A DNA stretch of 64,000 bases from Candidatus Fermentithermobacillus carboniphilus (GCA_018208355.1 CP062796.1:845777-909776), one strand, 5' to 3'; shown: positions 49,667-60,441, numbered from the stretch's first letter. Notes: generated by a model from the letters alone, not told the origin. Numbers and translations are program-made.

Positions 49667-50506
49667 TCACCAGTAATTCCGAATGACTAGCTCTGTTATT
49701 GGCCCTCTTCGATCAGCTCTACAGTTTATGGCGCGCCTGGCATAGACCACCTGGATGTCGTACCCCGAATACAGCTGCCGTATGAAAGGCGTATCCGAGT
49801 TGCTCAACATCACCAGACAGCCCCTCTTGTCTAATTCCTTGAAAACACCTGCCAGGCGCTCTTGGTCTTGAGCCCCGAAAGCATCCGCGGTGTAACTCGT
49901 GAAATTGGCTGTATCCGACAGGGGGTAATAAGGTGGGTCCAGATACACGAACGTACCTGCTCGCGCGAAGTCAAGAACGCGGCTAAAATCGTCACAAAGA
50001 ATCTCCGCTGACTTCAGAGCCGCCGAGACTAACCGGAGGTTGGGTTCGTCCACGATTTTCAGGTTTTTGTACCTTCCGAAAGGCACATTGTGTTTACCCT
50101 GGCTGTTAACTCTCCACAAGCCGTTATAGGCCGTTTTGTTTAGATACAGGAATCTTGAAGCCCTTTCTACCGGAGATAACACCTGTGGGTCTAGCGCCCT
50201 AATGGAATAGTAGTATTCACTGGTATTCTTGTGTTTTTTCAGGTCACTGAGTAGCTCCTCAAGATTGTTGCGCACTACCAGGTAGAAATTGATAAGCTCC
50301 TCGTTGCTATCAATGAGGATCGCTTTGGGAGGCAACAAATGGAAAAAAACGGCGCCGCCCCCCACGAAAGGTTCTGCGTAAAGGCCGAATTCTTTCCTCG
50401 GGAACAGTGGCTCAAATTGCGGTATAAGCCCGGTCTTGCCTCCAGCCCATTTCACCGGAGGCTTGGGACTCGTTCTCTGCATGAATGCCTGACATCTATC
50501 CATCAA
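49667..50506 (-). CDS. Dam-family N6-adenine DNA methyltransferase (orphan)
   Basis: KWAGGK, EPFVGGGAV, RFLYLNK, DPPY, LSNS. Confidence 0.92.
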   Translation of the reverse strand: MMDRCQAFMQRTSPKPPVKWAGGKTGLIPQFEPLFPRKEFGLYAEPFVGGGAVFFHLLPPKAILIDSNEELINFYLVVRNNLEELLSDLKKHKNTSEYYYSIRALDPQVLSPVERASRFLYLNKTAYNGLWRVNSQGKHNVPFGRYKNLKIVDEPNLRLVSAALKSAEILCDDFSRVLDFARAGTFVYLDPPYYPLSDTANFTSYTADAFGAQDQERLAGVFKELDKRGCLVMLSNSDTPFIRQLYSGYDIQVVYARRAINCRADRRGPITELVIRNYW

Positions 50507-50648
50507 CGACCTTCACCCCGGGCTAAGTTTGCTCCCCAAACGGCATTTGGCTGCGCCACCACGGGGCTACCTTCGCCGACTACGTGACAATGCAAACCGG
50601 TTCCCTCGTACTCTCCCTGCTATGCCATTTGAAGACCCTCTGAATGGG

Positions 50649-51044
50649 TCAAACGGCCAGTTTGCTTCTGACAAAGTTCACGACGTCTTCTGCCAGGGCT
50701 ACCGCTGAAACAGCACTATCTCTTGTGTATACGTGCGCAGGAATGCTGTCCGGGAGTCCGTTGGGGTATCTGGTCGGTACATAGTACCCATCGAGAACGG
50801 ACCATCTTTTGACCGCTTCTGAGAATGCCGGCTCCCATCGAGAGGCTGCCCGACACAATCTCTCTACAGAATGGCCGAGCACGATCTCCTCTCCCTGAGC
50901 GTAAATGAAAGCTTTGAGAGCCTTTTCGGCCACCTGCTGGGCCAAAAAGCATGCAATATGGTAACCACCGGCATCAGCAAGGTGTTTCGCCCATCGCAGG
51001 TCCTCGATGGCTTGTTCAAGCCAACGTCTTCCTTCTTCAGACAC
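50649..51044 (-). CDS. HEPN domain protein
   Basis: [27 protein letters not shown]. Confidence 0.9.
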   Translation of the reverse strand: MSEEGRRWLEQAIEDLRWAKHLADAGGYHIACFLAQQVAEKALKAFIYAQGEEIVLGHSVERLCRAASRWEPAFSEAVKRWSVLDGYYVPTRYPNGLPDSIPAHVYTRDSAVSAVALAEDVVNFVRSKLAV

Positions 51045-51432
51045 GCTTCCTCTCATAAAGGACCACTTCATCCTTCAATAAGTTTCTGAAGAAATCCTTC
51101 TCCTTGATCTTCTCGAATTCCTCCGGTGTGTAACACAACACATCAATATCGACAGGAAGACACAGATTGCTGTAAATGAGTTTGAGCCGGTCGACAAAGG
51201 ACAAATCCGTTCGCATTATCACTACCAGGTCGAGGTCGGTAAACAGGTCGGCCCTGCCCTTTGCGTACGAGCCAACAAGGCTTATACGCTCGACACCATC
51301 CAGTTTGCTGATCACAAACACTGCTTCTTCCAGAGAGACCTCCAGAAGACGCCGGTATTCATCACGTTTGGAGGACAAGGAACCGGAAATAGGCTCACTG
51401 CCGTGGTCCACATATGCCCGTTGCTCGCACAT
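51037..51432 (-). CDS. MNT nucleotidyltransferase
   Basis: [24 protein letters not shown]. Confidence 0.88.
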   Translation of the reverse strand: MCEQRAYVDHGSEPISGSLSSKRDEYRRLLEVSLEEAVFVISKLDGVERISLVGSYAKGRADLFTDLDLVVIMRTDLSFVDRLKLIYSNLCLPVDIDVLCYTPEEFEKIKEKDFFRNLLKDEVVLYERKRV

Positions 51433-51850
51433 GCCACCCGCCCCTTTTGCGACCTTGAGCAGAGTTTATATCCACCGGTGCTCTTTCGTACCGAGCATGC
51501 GGTTCAGGCCGCAGGCCTTTCTCAGTTTCTCCGGATCCTCCTGGTTTCCTTCCGCTTTCCTGTTAGTTCTCTTTGCCGCAATGCAGTTTCCGGGGCTCTT
51601 TCTCCATGCCCCTCTGCCCCGCTATGAGCCCCAGGGAACACCCGTTCACTTACCGTAATTGCCGGCGACATTCTGACGAACAGAACCTCCGCCGCACGAA
51701 AGCATCTACCGCGCGTGAAGTCGCTGATAGCTCAAGTGGAACCCGGAGAGGCACAGGCGAGGGAAGGCTTCGTACCGCTATGGGCTATGATACCATGTGT
51801 ACTGGTGGCGGTTTTCACTCTCACTCTTATCATGAAGAGGTGCTTTAGCC

Positions 51851-52681
51851 GTGATAGCAGAGTATGACGCTCGCCTCTGGTACGATCAAATCCCCCTGCG
51901 ACGATCAGTTCGTGCCTACGACAGCCGGAAAGTGCCCGATGATACGCTGGACAGGTTACGTCCATTTCTCTCAGGCTTCTCGGGACTCTGTCGGGGAGCT
52001 CGTGGCGTACTCCTGGATGACGCCGGGGATGTTTTCACCGGCATCATCGCATCCCTCGGCAGGATAACCGGGGTTTCCACAGTCGCAGTATTCATCGGGG
52101 ACACAAGTGTGCCGGAACACATGGAATCTGTAGGTTATCTCGGAGAAGGCGTCATCCTCCAAGCTACATCTCTCGGTCTTGGGACGTGCTGGGTAGCCGG
52201 GACTTTCAACCGGAACTGCACCGCGTCTAGGGTCAAACTTGGCAAGAACGAAAAGGTCGTCGCCGTCACTCCCCTGGGTTTTCCCGTTGAGAAAGAAGAT
52301 GCAGGCCACAGGCTCGTGCGCAGTCTGGCAAATTCTAAAAAACGGAAGCCCCTTGAAGCCATATTCGGCGGTCTGCCCCCGGAAAAGTGGCCACCCGGTT
52401 GCAGGGAAGCCCTGGAAGCAGCTAGGCTTGCTCCCTCAGCCCTTAACCGCCAGCCCTGGTTTTTTGAAGTAACCCATGGCGAAATTACCCTATCGGTGCA
52501 AGGTGCCGGCTCTGGGTACGGCTCCTTGAAGAGGCTTGACTGCGGTATAGCCATGCTGCACTTTGAAGTAGCCGCAAAGGCTTTAGGCCTGGAGGGCCAT
52601 TGGGAACTCCTGAAACCTCCGCACGTAGCAAGGTTCATCCTGCATGAAAGCGGCTCCGGTATCAGTCAGGCACGAGGATAA
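51851..52681 (+). CDS. Two-domain nitroreductase family protein
   Basis: RRSVRAY, GLGTCWVAG, APSALNRQPW, DCGIAMLH. Confidence 0.88.
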   Translation: MIAEYDARLWYDQIPLRRSVRAYDSRKVPDDTLDRLRPFLSGFSGLCRGARGVLLDDAGDVFTGIIASLGRITGVSTVAVFIGDTSVPEHMESVGYLGEGVILQATSLGLGTCWVAGTFNRNCTASRVKLGKNEKVVAVTPLGFPVEKEDAGHRLVRSLANSKKRKPLEAIFGGLPPEKWPPGCREALEAARLAPSALNRQPWFFEVTHGEITLSVQGAGSGYGSLKRLDCGIAMLHFEVAAKALGLEGHWELLKPPHVARFILHESGSGISQARG

Positions 52682-52982
52682 GTTCATCTCAAAGAGGTAA
52701 ACTCCTGCAAAAAGAAAGGACGGCCGGTTAATCCGCAGGGGTCAAGCGCACGGAGAACCCAGAGCAAGTTCGAAGAACAAACGCACGACGTAGGCCGCTT
52801 CCTAGGCTTCCAGGTAGCACAAGTACAGGGGACCGAGAGGTTGAGACTAGACTCCAAACCTCCCAAACCGGCACCTTGCGAGTTTCAAAACTCTCAGTCT
52901 GGTGCACGGCATGACACCTGGGAGCAACAAGACTTTTCATCGGTACACAAGAAGACCCTAGACATGAAGCCTTCTCCTACAT

Positions 52983-53231
52983 CTACTCCCCGGACTCCCC
53001 CTTGTTTCCAGCAAGGACTCGGCGTGCCAATTCCAGGTCCTTTCGAGGAACAAATACCTTGATCGGCGACAGACCCGGATACACGCTGGATGGCAGGAAA
53101 GACCTGAAAATCACCTCTATGCTGTAGGGCTCGAGGGCTGAACGGATAAGTCCCTTTTCTACCTCGGTTGTCACCTGACAAAGCTCCACCCACTCTTGAT
53201 CTGCCACACAACTCACCCCCATCATACCCAC
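52983..53231 (-). CDS. DUF2007-like small protein
   Basis: E..LIRSALE..SI...IKVFVPRKDLELAR pattern. Confidence 0.7.
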   Translation of the reverse strand: MGMMGVSCVADQEWVELCQVTTEVEKGLIRSALEPYSIEVIFRSFLPSSVYPGLSPIKVFVPRKDLELARRVLAGNKGESGE

Positions 53232-53388
53232 ACCAATCGATACCCTTATACTTGTTCCTCAGTTCTTACACACAAGTCTCAAATGTGACCGGAGTCAAAT
53301 AGATCCAGGAAGCAAGCGCTCAAATCAGGGTCAAACTGTTTGCTGGTCAGATGACCACTTCTAATCGGCCTCACGTATTGCACAACCC

Positions 53389-53813
53389 CTATTGTGCTTT
53401 CTCGAGGTATTCCAGTACGGCGGTAACGTACTCACGATACAGGTTAAGTGTATCGTCAATGCTTTCAAACACGGTTACATCGTCTATATCTTCATATTCA
53501 TGGACGATAATGTTCCGTTCACCCGCGGACGGGGCGATTGCCAAGGCCATTCCTCACGCAAAACCCCCATCTTTCCTACTTCGACAAACGAGCTATATGC
53601 ATCATCAGGCGCAGGCCGGCCCGCATCCACAATGATGTGCGTATTGATGTCCACAGCTACGTCGACGATCAACTGGATCAATCTCTCAACAATCCTTTTG
53701 TTTCGAAAGTCTTTGAGGTAATCCTCAAGGCTAATATCCCGCATTGATTCCAGTTCGTTCAAATACTCCAGCATTTTCTTCACCTTGCGCTTAACCACCG
53801 AAGGATCAACCAT
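53389..53813 (-). pseudogene. DUF86/HepT-type HEPN RNase toxin, frameshifted near 53550
   Basis: VERLIQLIVDVAVDINTH, then after the shift ALAIAPSAGERNIIVHEYEDIDD...EKAQ*. Confidence 0.85.
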
Positions 53814-54255
53814 GGTATCCCCTCTTTTGAGCAGCCTGCTTAAGATAGCGGTCCATAGCCTGGTAGAAAACCTTCGAGTCCTCATGCTGTCTTACCGCAA
53901 GAGAGCAGAACTGTGCAAACAGGCCGGGCATCCCTTCGTAAACAGGCTTGCCGGTCTTCGCAACCTGAAACCTAAGTAACGGATTCGCATGATTGAGAAT
54001 GACCAGGTCAACATCGGCTGTCTGAAGGTATGTAATCAGGTCTTTCATGAACTGCCTTCTCTCGCGGGCAAGGCACAGCAAGTCGCGCGCGTAGCCCTTA
54101 TCTTCCATAAGCACTGCCAAATCTATGTCGCTTGCATCCGTCGCCCGTCCTCTAGCCTGCGACCCAAAAAGTACCGCAAGCGAAACTCCGTGCCGATGGC
54201 ACAAAGCAGCAAAGCCAGGGCTACGCAAGAGGTTAACCGCGTCCTTGGTACCCAT
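53806..54255 (-). CDS. MntA-type nucleotidyltransferase antitoxin
   Basis: LFGSQARG...SDIDLAV, VDLVILNHANPLL. Confidence 0.9.
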   Translation of the reverse strand: MGTKDAVNLLRSPGFAALCHRHGVSLAVLFGSQARGRATDASDIDLAVLMEDKGYARDLLCLARERRQFMKDLITYLQTADVDLVILNHANPLLRFQVAKTGKPVYEGMPGLFAQFCSLAVRQHEDSKVFYQAMDRYLKQAAQKRGYHG

Positions 54256-54410
54256 CGCGTCTCTATCTTTTCTTCTGACCTCATCCTAGATTTTACCGGT
54301 TTAGCCGGTCCCCGGCAATGTCGGACCGTTCGCCTGCTGAGACCTAATATTGCGCCAGCTCGAGCTGGGTCTGGTCATCTTTTGAAGGACCTGTTGCTGC
54401 ACTGTGCTTA

Positions 54411-54887
54411 TTAGTGGGTATCAACACCTTGAACTGCACAGCAGAGGCTCATAAATGGTTTGAGACCGAACCATTTCTTCACGGTCTCGTCGTCCGTCTT
54501 GGCCGCTTCGTCTAGCCATGGCTTCATTTGTTCGGGCATGGAAACTATCAAATTGTAGAGTCGGGGACTGAGGATAGTAGTGTGTCCGTTGTTACAAGCA
54601 TGAGGATTCGCCCCATTCTTTTTCGGACTCTGCATCGCTCTTTCTTCGACGGATGGCATCCGATTGCGGTTGTCGACTACCGCTTTTTCGACCAAGGTGA
54701 AAGCCACCATGGACTCGGGCTGAGCACCGCCTGCAATCAGGAAGGCAGTCCTCCTGGTCAAGGTCTCAGTCTTCTCCGCGCCGGCGCCGGCAACGATTCG
54801 GACAAACCGGCTGTTTGTTAGGACCGCCCTTTTCTGGGTTTCCGACAACCCGTCGAGGATTCTCTCAAGACGGCCAGGATCAACCAT
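54411..54887 (-). pseudogene. UvrD/Rep helicase N-terminal remnant fused to unrelated sequence
   Basis: LSETQKRAV...IVAGAGAEKTETLTRR...VAFT; Walker A is mutated and homology stops there. Confidence 0.65.
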
Positions 54888-54974
54888 GTATGCTGATACT
54901 AATCTGAACCTCCGATGAGCGTCATCGAGCCAAGTCGAATGCAGCTTCCGCAAGAAAGAACCAATTCCTTCGTC

Positions 54975-57900
54975 CTATTCCTTCAGCGGCCCAATCTTGT
55001 CAGCTTCGATCGGCAACGAAGTCAGGTACATCACCGGCACGTGCGTATTAGTTACCAACCTGTCATCAATCCGAGCTGGATCCGGCACGAATCCGACAAT
55101 ACGGCAGAGGCTGACGGGGTTGGCCCTTATCCAGTTAACGCGCCGGACATGTTTATCTAACTCATCCATCGCTTCTCCTCGGAAGCGGCGACAGATTTCA
55201 GCAACCTCAGCGACGGTCCGAGCAAGCTGCAAGCGTTTACACTCAATAAGCAGAACCTCTCCACTAGGTCTCCACGCTAGAACATCAACATCGCCAAGTT
55301 CCGCGGGTCCCTCCAGTTCGGTCATGGGAACTTCGGTGCGCGTCTGCCAGCCTTTCTCGCGAAGTCGATCAGCAACTGACAAGGCAAATGCACGGCCTCT
55401 CTCGTTGTTTACCATTCCGATGTATTGTTTCATGGCCTGAGAGGTGAAAAACTCTTGTGGCAAATGTCCTCTCTCCGATCTCTCCAATAGAAATCTGACT
55501 CCAGACATCAATGTACCGGCCCCGTAGAACACTCTGTCGTCGTCTTCGTTTCCGAAAATGAGAATAGGTCTGGCCGCCAGAGAGAGCCTACGGCGGAATC
55601 GCCACGGATATATATCTCTTTCCGAGAACCCGGGCGGGGACTTGTCCCATGCAGGACGGTGGAATATGCTAAATGTGCGAATGAATGCTTCGCAGGCATC
55701 AGGTGACAGGCCGCGAGCTACAGTCAACCTCGTTTTGAGGTCGCCCAGCGTTGTTTCAACCACCACGCTATCACGCTCAACTGCCAAGTCCATGAGCGCC
55801 GCTAGACCGTCTATCGCCTCGTCCGGCGTTAGACTGAACTCAATCCGAAACGCCCGAATGAAATCAGCAGAGAGGACCTCATCAGCTCGCACTCGTCCGC
55901 CGGGAGGCTCGCTTCGGTACAGTTTTGCGTATTCCGCTGCCGCCCGTTCGAACTCTTCCCGCAAGTAAGCGGTCGAGAACGGCTTAATGACCGTGCTATG
56001 GAAACCTCGATCGATCGTGTACTCACCATTTGGATGTAATTCGATTTGGGGTTCAACCAGGTCATTATAGATCGCGTCGGAGTCCGTCGCAACCTCAATC
56101 AGCAGTGCAGCTTTAGCCAATAGCTCATCCAGATCCCACCGGGATAGCTCGCGACCACCTACCTTTGGGCACTCACAAATAGCCATTTCCAGGACAGTGC
56201 GCGCCGCCAAGGAAACATTGCCCCTTTGCGACTCTCGCTCCTGCGCAACAGCGAAGACATCCTCCTCTGGCTTATATAAAGCAAGGACTGCCTGTGCGGT
56301 ACGGCGCCAGTGGTCACGATCCTGAATAACGGCTTCATGTACCCGGAGCACCTCGCGAATCACAGATGCCCGATCGAACTGGTGCAACAGGTTCCGGAGC
56401 TGACTCCAGATCTTGACTACAAGCCTGTGCAGGAACTGGTTACACTCAGACTTCGACTTGATGCTAGTGCCGGGCCAGGCTGCCGTACAACCTTCGGAAA
56501 GCCTGAGCTTGGAAAAGACAAAATCCTCATGTGCGAGAAATATCGGCTTCTGGTCTGACCGCCATAGCAAGTATTCGATGGGGTCATACGTACGAAACAC
56601 GTGGAAAACACGTTCACCTGGGTCGCCTATCACTCTGCTCATTAGATCAGTTAGGACGCTCTCGTCAACATCCCCCGTCGCGCCTTGGTGCAAGCTGACA
56701 AGGGCTTTCGCAATGCCGCGGAGGACCAGCCTCTCACCGGTGTTCTCCGGCTGCTGGAAACACATGAGGAAATCCGACGGAAACCTGACCTCAGCCGTTC
56801 TCCGGACTAGATTAACCGTAACTTCTGGCTCACCGACCAGGACACCCGGCTCGTATTTTAGGTCCTCTGGTACAGCGACTTCGCCAAAGTTGAGCCGAAT
56901 CTCTATCGCACCACGCGGCGCCTTTGGGTAACGAGCCTCCACCTCGAATACTAGCCTATCGTACAAACCGATGAACCCTGACCACATCTCATAGAGGAAA
57001 CGCCGGACCTCCTCGCCACCATCCCTTGGTTCTACTACGAGCCAACTAGGGCCGCGCGGGGTCTCCACCGCACCTGCCAGGACCCCCATGCCCAAATGAT
57101 GTAGGCTTGCGTAAATTGGACGACCCTGCATGGACTTGAAGTACGCGTCCCTACCGAACCGCATAACTGGCAAATAGATACCACCTACTGTCTCGAGGAC
57201 ATGGCAATCCGCCAGATTCCGCACCTCAGCCCGGACCGGCAGAACCATGTCGTTACCTATGACAAGTACGGTGCCTTGATCAACCGGCACGTCACGTGGG
57301 ACAAGTTGGTAGTTCAGGTGACGCCAGAAACAATAGAAGTTGTAATCGCCATTAGTGTTAACGAAGCGGACGCCTTTCTCCTCTGCCCACTCCTTCTGCT
57401 TGATGCATTTCAGGTAGCGTGTGATCGGTCGATCGGGCTCTCTGGCTAGCATGAGGAGATCTGGTATTCGAATAACCGACAAGCGCCATTCTTCCGGCCA
57501 GTCCTTGAATTCCAGAACAAACCCGCGGCCGAGGCCGCCCATCACCAGCAGCGTCATTCCCTCAGCGAAGTCTGGTAACGATCGACAATGACTAGAAACC
57601 TTGCTCAGATATTGCTCGAGACCTGCCCTCAGTTCCTCCGGATACTCCATGAAACTAGAAAGGCCCTGGGTATCCAACCAATCCAACCTGTCATGCAGTA
57701 GGACTACATGGAGATACTTGTTCACGTCGTACTTGAGCAACCAAGTATGTAGTGAAGGCACCTTTCCGTCTGGTTTCGGCGGCTCAAGAGATTCAGCTTC
57801 CCCCTTCAGCTCCCAGAGGCCTTCCCTCTCAACTTGGCGCGCCTGCAGGCTGGCGAGCGTATCTGCGAACTCATGAAGGTAGCCCAGCCGCTTTAACTCA

Positions 57901-58661
57901 AATACGACAAATCGCCTGATTGCAGGACTGACCGCGTGAGGCAATGCAAGCACTAGTTCGTCGCCGAAGTCGACGAGAGGGCGTCTTTCCAGAGACGAGT
58001 GCCCTACCCATTCCTCCGCGAGTACCTTCTTGTGTTCATCCCGTAGGATGAACGGCTCCAGTACCTTACGGTTGATACCCAGTGCATCCAGCTCGGCTGC
58101 AGTGAAGGTTATCCAGCGCGCCCCGTCCGCCACGGGAGCTCCTAACGCCAATTTTACCGTATCTTGTGGGATCGAAGGCTCGGTGTGCCATCTCCGAAGA
58201 CCAGCCCGTTCAGCAACGCAGTCGCTTAGCTTGAGCAATGCAAATGCGGGAAGCAACAGAGCCCGGCACTCTGGTGGAGCCCCGGGGCTGTTCAGTGTTT
58301 CGAGGACTATCTGGACGAAGTAATCATTTGATTCCCAGATGCCTTCAAATACCCGCCGATTTCCCTCAGGGGTCTCGACATTGGTGACGAAAACGTCTTC
58401 GACAGGATCCTCAAGCAGTGCAATCCAGATGTTGCCGATATATCTGTTCAACCATCGATCAATTTCGGCTAAGCTAGGTTTACGATAACCGTGGCAGTGT
58501 GCGACGGCCAGGTGAACAATGGTTTCTATACGGATTGTGTCGGCCTGTAGGGCAGGAGCGGTCAGTAGGCCGCCGAGTTGCGTGACAGTAGACTTCAGGT
58601 CGTACTTGTGAAGGAATCCTGCAATGCGTTTTAGTTCAGGAGCATTAAGTGGGATCATCAA
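54975..58661 (-). CDS. 1228-aa protein with C-terminal PD-(D/E)xK (NERD-like) nuclease domain
   Basis: Intact long ORF with RBS AAGGA; C-terminal E...LGDVDVLAW...LLIECKR motif. Confidence 0.75.
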   Translation of the reverse strand: MMIPLNAPELKRIAGFLHKYDLKSTVTQLGGLLTAPALQADTIRIETIVHLAVAHCHGYRKPSLAEIDRWLNRYIGNIWIALLEDPVEDVFVTNVETPEGNRRVFEGIWESNDYFVQIVLETLNSPGAPPECRALLLPAFALLKLSDCVAERAGLRRWHTEPSIPQDTVKLALGAPVADGARWITFTAAELDALGINRKVLEPFILRDEHKKVLAEEWVGHSSLERRPLVDFGDELVLALPHAVSPAIRRFVVFELKRLGYLHEFADTLASLQARQVEREGLWELKGEAESLEPPKPDGKVPSLHTWLLKYDVNKYLHVVLLHDRLDWLDTQGLSSFMEYPEELRAGLEQYLSKVSSHCRSLPDFAEGMTLLVMGGLGRGFVLEFKDWPEEWRLSVIRIPDLLMLAREPDRPITRYLKCIKQKEWAEEKGVRFVNTNGDYNFYCFWRHLNYQLVPRDVPVDQGTVLVIGNDMVLPVRAEVRNLADCHVLETVGGIYLPVMRFGRDAYFKSMQGRPIYASLHHLGMGVLAGAVETPRGPSWLVVEPRDGGEEVRRFLYEMWSGFIGLYDRLVFEVEARYPKAPRGAIEIRLNFGEVAVPEDLKYEPGVLVGEPEVTVNLVRRTAEVRFPSDFLMCFQQPENTGERLVLRGIAKALVSLHQGATGDVDESVLTDLMSRVIGDPGERVFHVFRTYDPIEYLLWRSDQKPIFLAHEDFVFSKLRLSEGCTAAWPGTSIKSKSECNQFLHRLVVKIWSQLRNLLHQFDRASVIREVLRVHEAVIQDRDHWRRTAQAVLALYKPEEDVFAVAQERESQRGNVSLAARTVLEMAICECPKVGGRELSRWDLDELLAKAALLIEVATDSDAIYNDLVEPQIELHPNGEYTIDRGFHSTVIKPFSTAYLREEFERAAAEYAKLYRSEPPGGRVRADEVLSADFIRAFRIEFSLTPDEAIDGLAALMDLAVERDSVVVETTLGDLKTRLTVARGLSPDACEAFIRTFSIFHRPAWDKSPPGFSERDIYPWRFRRRLSLAARPILIFGNEDDDRVFYGAGTLMSGVRFLLERSERGHLPQEFFTSQAMKQYIGMVNNERGRAFALSVADRLREKGWQTRTEVPMTELEGPAELGDVDVLAWRPSGEVLLIECKRLQLARTVAEVAEICRRFRGEAMDELDKHVRRVNWIRANPVSLCRIVGFVPDPARIDDRLVTNTHVPVMYLTSLPIEADKIGPLKE

Positions 58662-58723
58662 CGCGCTTCCTTTCGTTGCTCAGGGTTAATGGTATCCAAC
58701 CGCACCTCAAAAGCTCGGTACCG

Positions 58724-58792
58724 TTCTTGTAATAAGCCCTGCTTAATCTCTCGGATTACATTAACCTTGACTTCGATGCAATGCACATCTAC
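58724..58792 (-). pseudogene. Possible type I RM HsdS C-terminal relic
   Basis: VDVHCIEVKVNVIREIKQGLLQE resembles the HsdS terminal helix (IKQGxMQELL). Confidence 0.35.
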
Positions 58793-58796
58793 CCAG

Positions 58797-59843
58797 TTAA
58801 AGCAAGCTCCGCTTAAGTTCTCGGATCACACTAACCTGGTCAGCCTCTGTATAGGGCAAAGTCGCGCCGTCGGGTCGCGATTGCCAGAGAACTTCGCCGT
58901 GCGATAGGTCAGATAGTTCCTTGCTTGTCGACGAACCGAATCTTCGCACAACGGCGTTAAGCACGGCTTTTTCACTTGCGCTCAAGCCCCCAAGGTCAGG
59001 AGTCTTGTTAGGTCTTATCAGATCTCCGCTATATTCACCGAGTTCCTGGGTAACAATATCTACGCAACCAGTCTCCTGCAAAAGACTCAATAAAACCTGA
59101 AATTTATCAGGTGCCGGCCCGTAGGGCATCCTCACGTAAGCCAACCCAGTAATGGAAGTACCCTCAAGGGAAAAGTGAGTAAAGTCCGCGAGCCACAAAA
59201 GTTTGGCCAGTTTGGTCTTATACAAGCGGCCAACCTCGCCAGCTATCCACGCGACAATCTCTCCGACTTTCTGGAAGTCGAAAGCTCTGAATCCTCTAGA
59301 CACCGGGTCAATAGAGTAGGCTATCGTTTGCAACTGCTCATACACGGCAACCAAACTCTGTGTCTCTGACTTGAGCACCGTAGAGGCGATTTGCGAGTAC
59401 AATCGTTTCCATTCATCCTCTGAGAATCGATGCTTGTTATACTCAAGTTTCTTGAGCAGTACCGATGGGTCGGAGGCAATCTCCCTGAGGATTCTGTCAT
59501 GGGACTCATCCTGCAAAGCCCCATTCTCATAGCGGTGTATTGTCACCAACCCCCACCCCAGAGCTCTAGCAAGAGCACGTTGGGATAACCCATAACGCTG
59601 ACGAATCCCCGCTATCTCCTCGGGCGTGAGCAGACCATGCTTGCGCCGGTAAGCATCATAGGCCGATCTCAGATTGCGCTCCTCGGATTCCATGTCAAAG
59701 ATCTCGTTCCCGCACACAACACACCTATAATGGACAGCGTCAACAACCTCGATAGGCTCGCCACGAACAAAGAACACTTCGGGTTTCTTAACTGGCTCAA
59801 TGTCCCATTCTCTGATACAATTTGGGCAAAAAGCAACTTTCAT
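58797..59843 (-). CDS. MqsA-type antitoxin (Zn finger + HTH) fused to DUF4065 (Panacea/SocA-like) domain
   Basis: CPNC...CVVC, LLTPEEIAGIRQRYGLSQ, KTKLAKLLWLADF...SITG..Y..MPYGP, SH..W. Confidence 0.85.
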   Translation of the reverse strand: MKVAFCPNCIREWDIEPVKKPEVFFVRGEPIEVVDAVHYRCVVCGNEIFDMESEERNLRSAYDAYRRKHGLLTPEEIAGIRQRYGLSQRALARALGWGLVTIHRYENGALQDESHDRILREIASDPSVLLKKLEYNKHRFSEDEWKRLYSQIASTVLKSETQSLVAVYEQLQTIAYSIDPVSRGFRAFDFQKVGEIVAWIAGEVGRLYKTKLAKLLWLADFTHFSLEGTSITGLAYVRMPYGPAPDKFQVLLSLLQETGCVDIVTQELGEYSGDLIRPNKTPDLGGLSASEKAVLNAVVRRFGSSTSKELSDLSHGEVLWQSRPDGATLPYTEADQVSVIRELKRSLL

Positions 59844-60199
59844 TTTTCCACCTCCCTCCTGAAGGGGCGGGTTAGGTTATGCTCAGCCTCGTGAAAAGAC
59901 ATACATATGCATCTGCCGGAGTACACGGCTACTTTTATATACAGAACAATGCCACAGTAATTGGGTCCGAATACCCACCATTGAATTGGCCTGCCCCTGT
60001 CATCGTCAAGTGGACCCTCTGAATAATCTGACACACTCAACTCTCGTAACACGCTCGGCACTTCACTGGGCAACATGCCCAACATCGCTAATGATTGGAC
60101 ATTCTTTTCTCTCTCGACAAAAGCAAGTTTCCCCTCTTGTGAAAGGGTCATCTTCAGTCGAAGCAGGAACTCTTACACCTGCTCCCTGTCTGCAGCCAA
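59840..60199 (-). pseudogene. MqsR/RelE-like toxin with premature stop at codon 9
   Basis: RBS GGAGG then TTG at 60199: MAADREQV*EFLLRLKMTL...REKN...DYSEGP...WVFG...LYIK...CMSFHEAE; TAA at 60173-60175. Confidence 0.8.
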
Positions 60200-60441
60200 C
60201 TAATTTTCCTCCCAGTCGGTGCTATCATATGATAGCACGTGGTAGCCTGCCACTGGAAGCGGTATCGCAAGAAACTGGGGGCAACTCAAGGGTTTTCGAT
60301 TCGATACTCATGCAGGTCTGTAACAAAGTCCTTCAGCGCCTTCCCTTCATACTTGCGCTATGCCCGAGAAGAAGCCAGTCACCTGCTCTCAGAGAGACTG
60401 CATCGTTAGTGCCTGAGCTGATATCATGTGAGGAGGGACTT

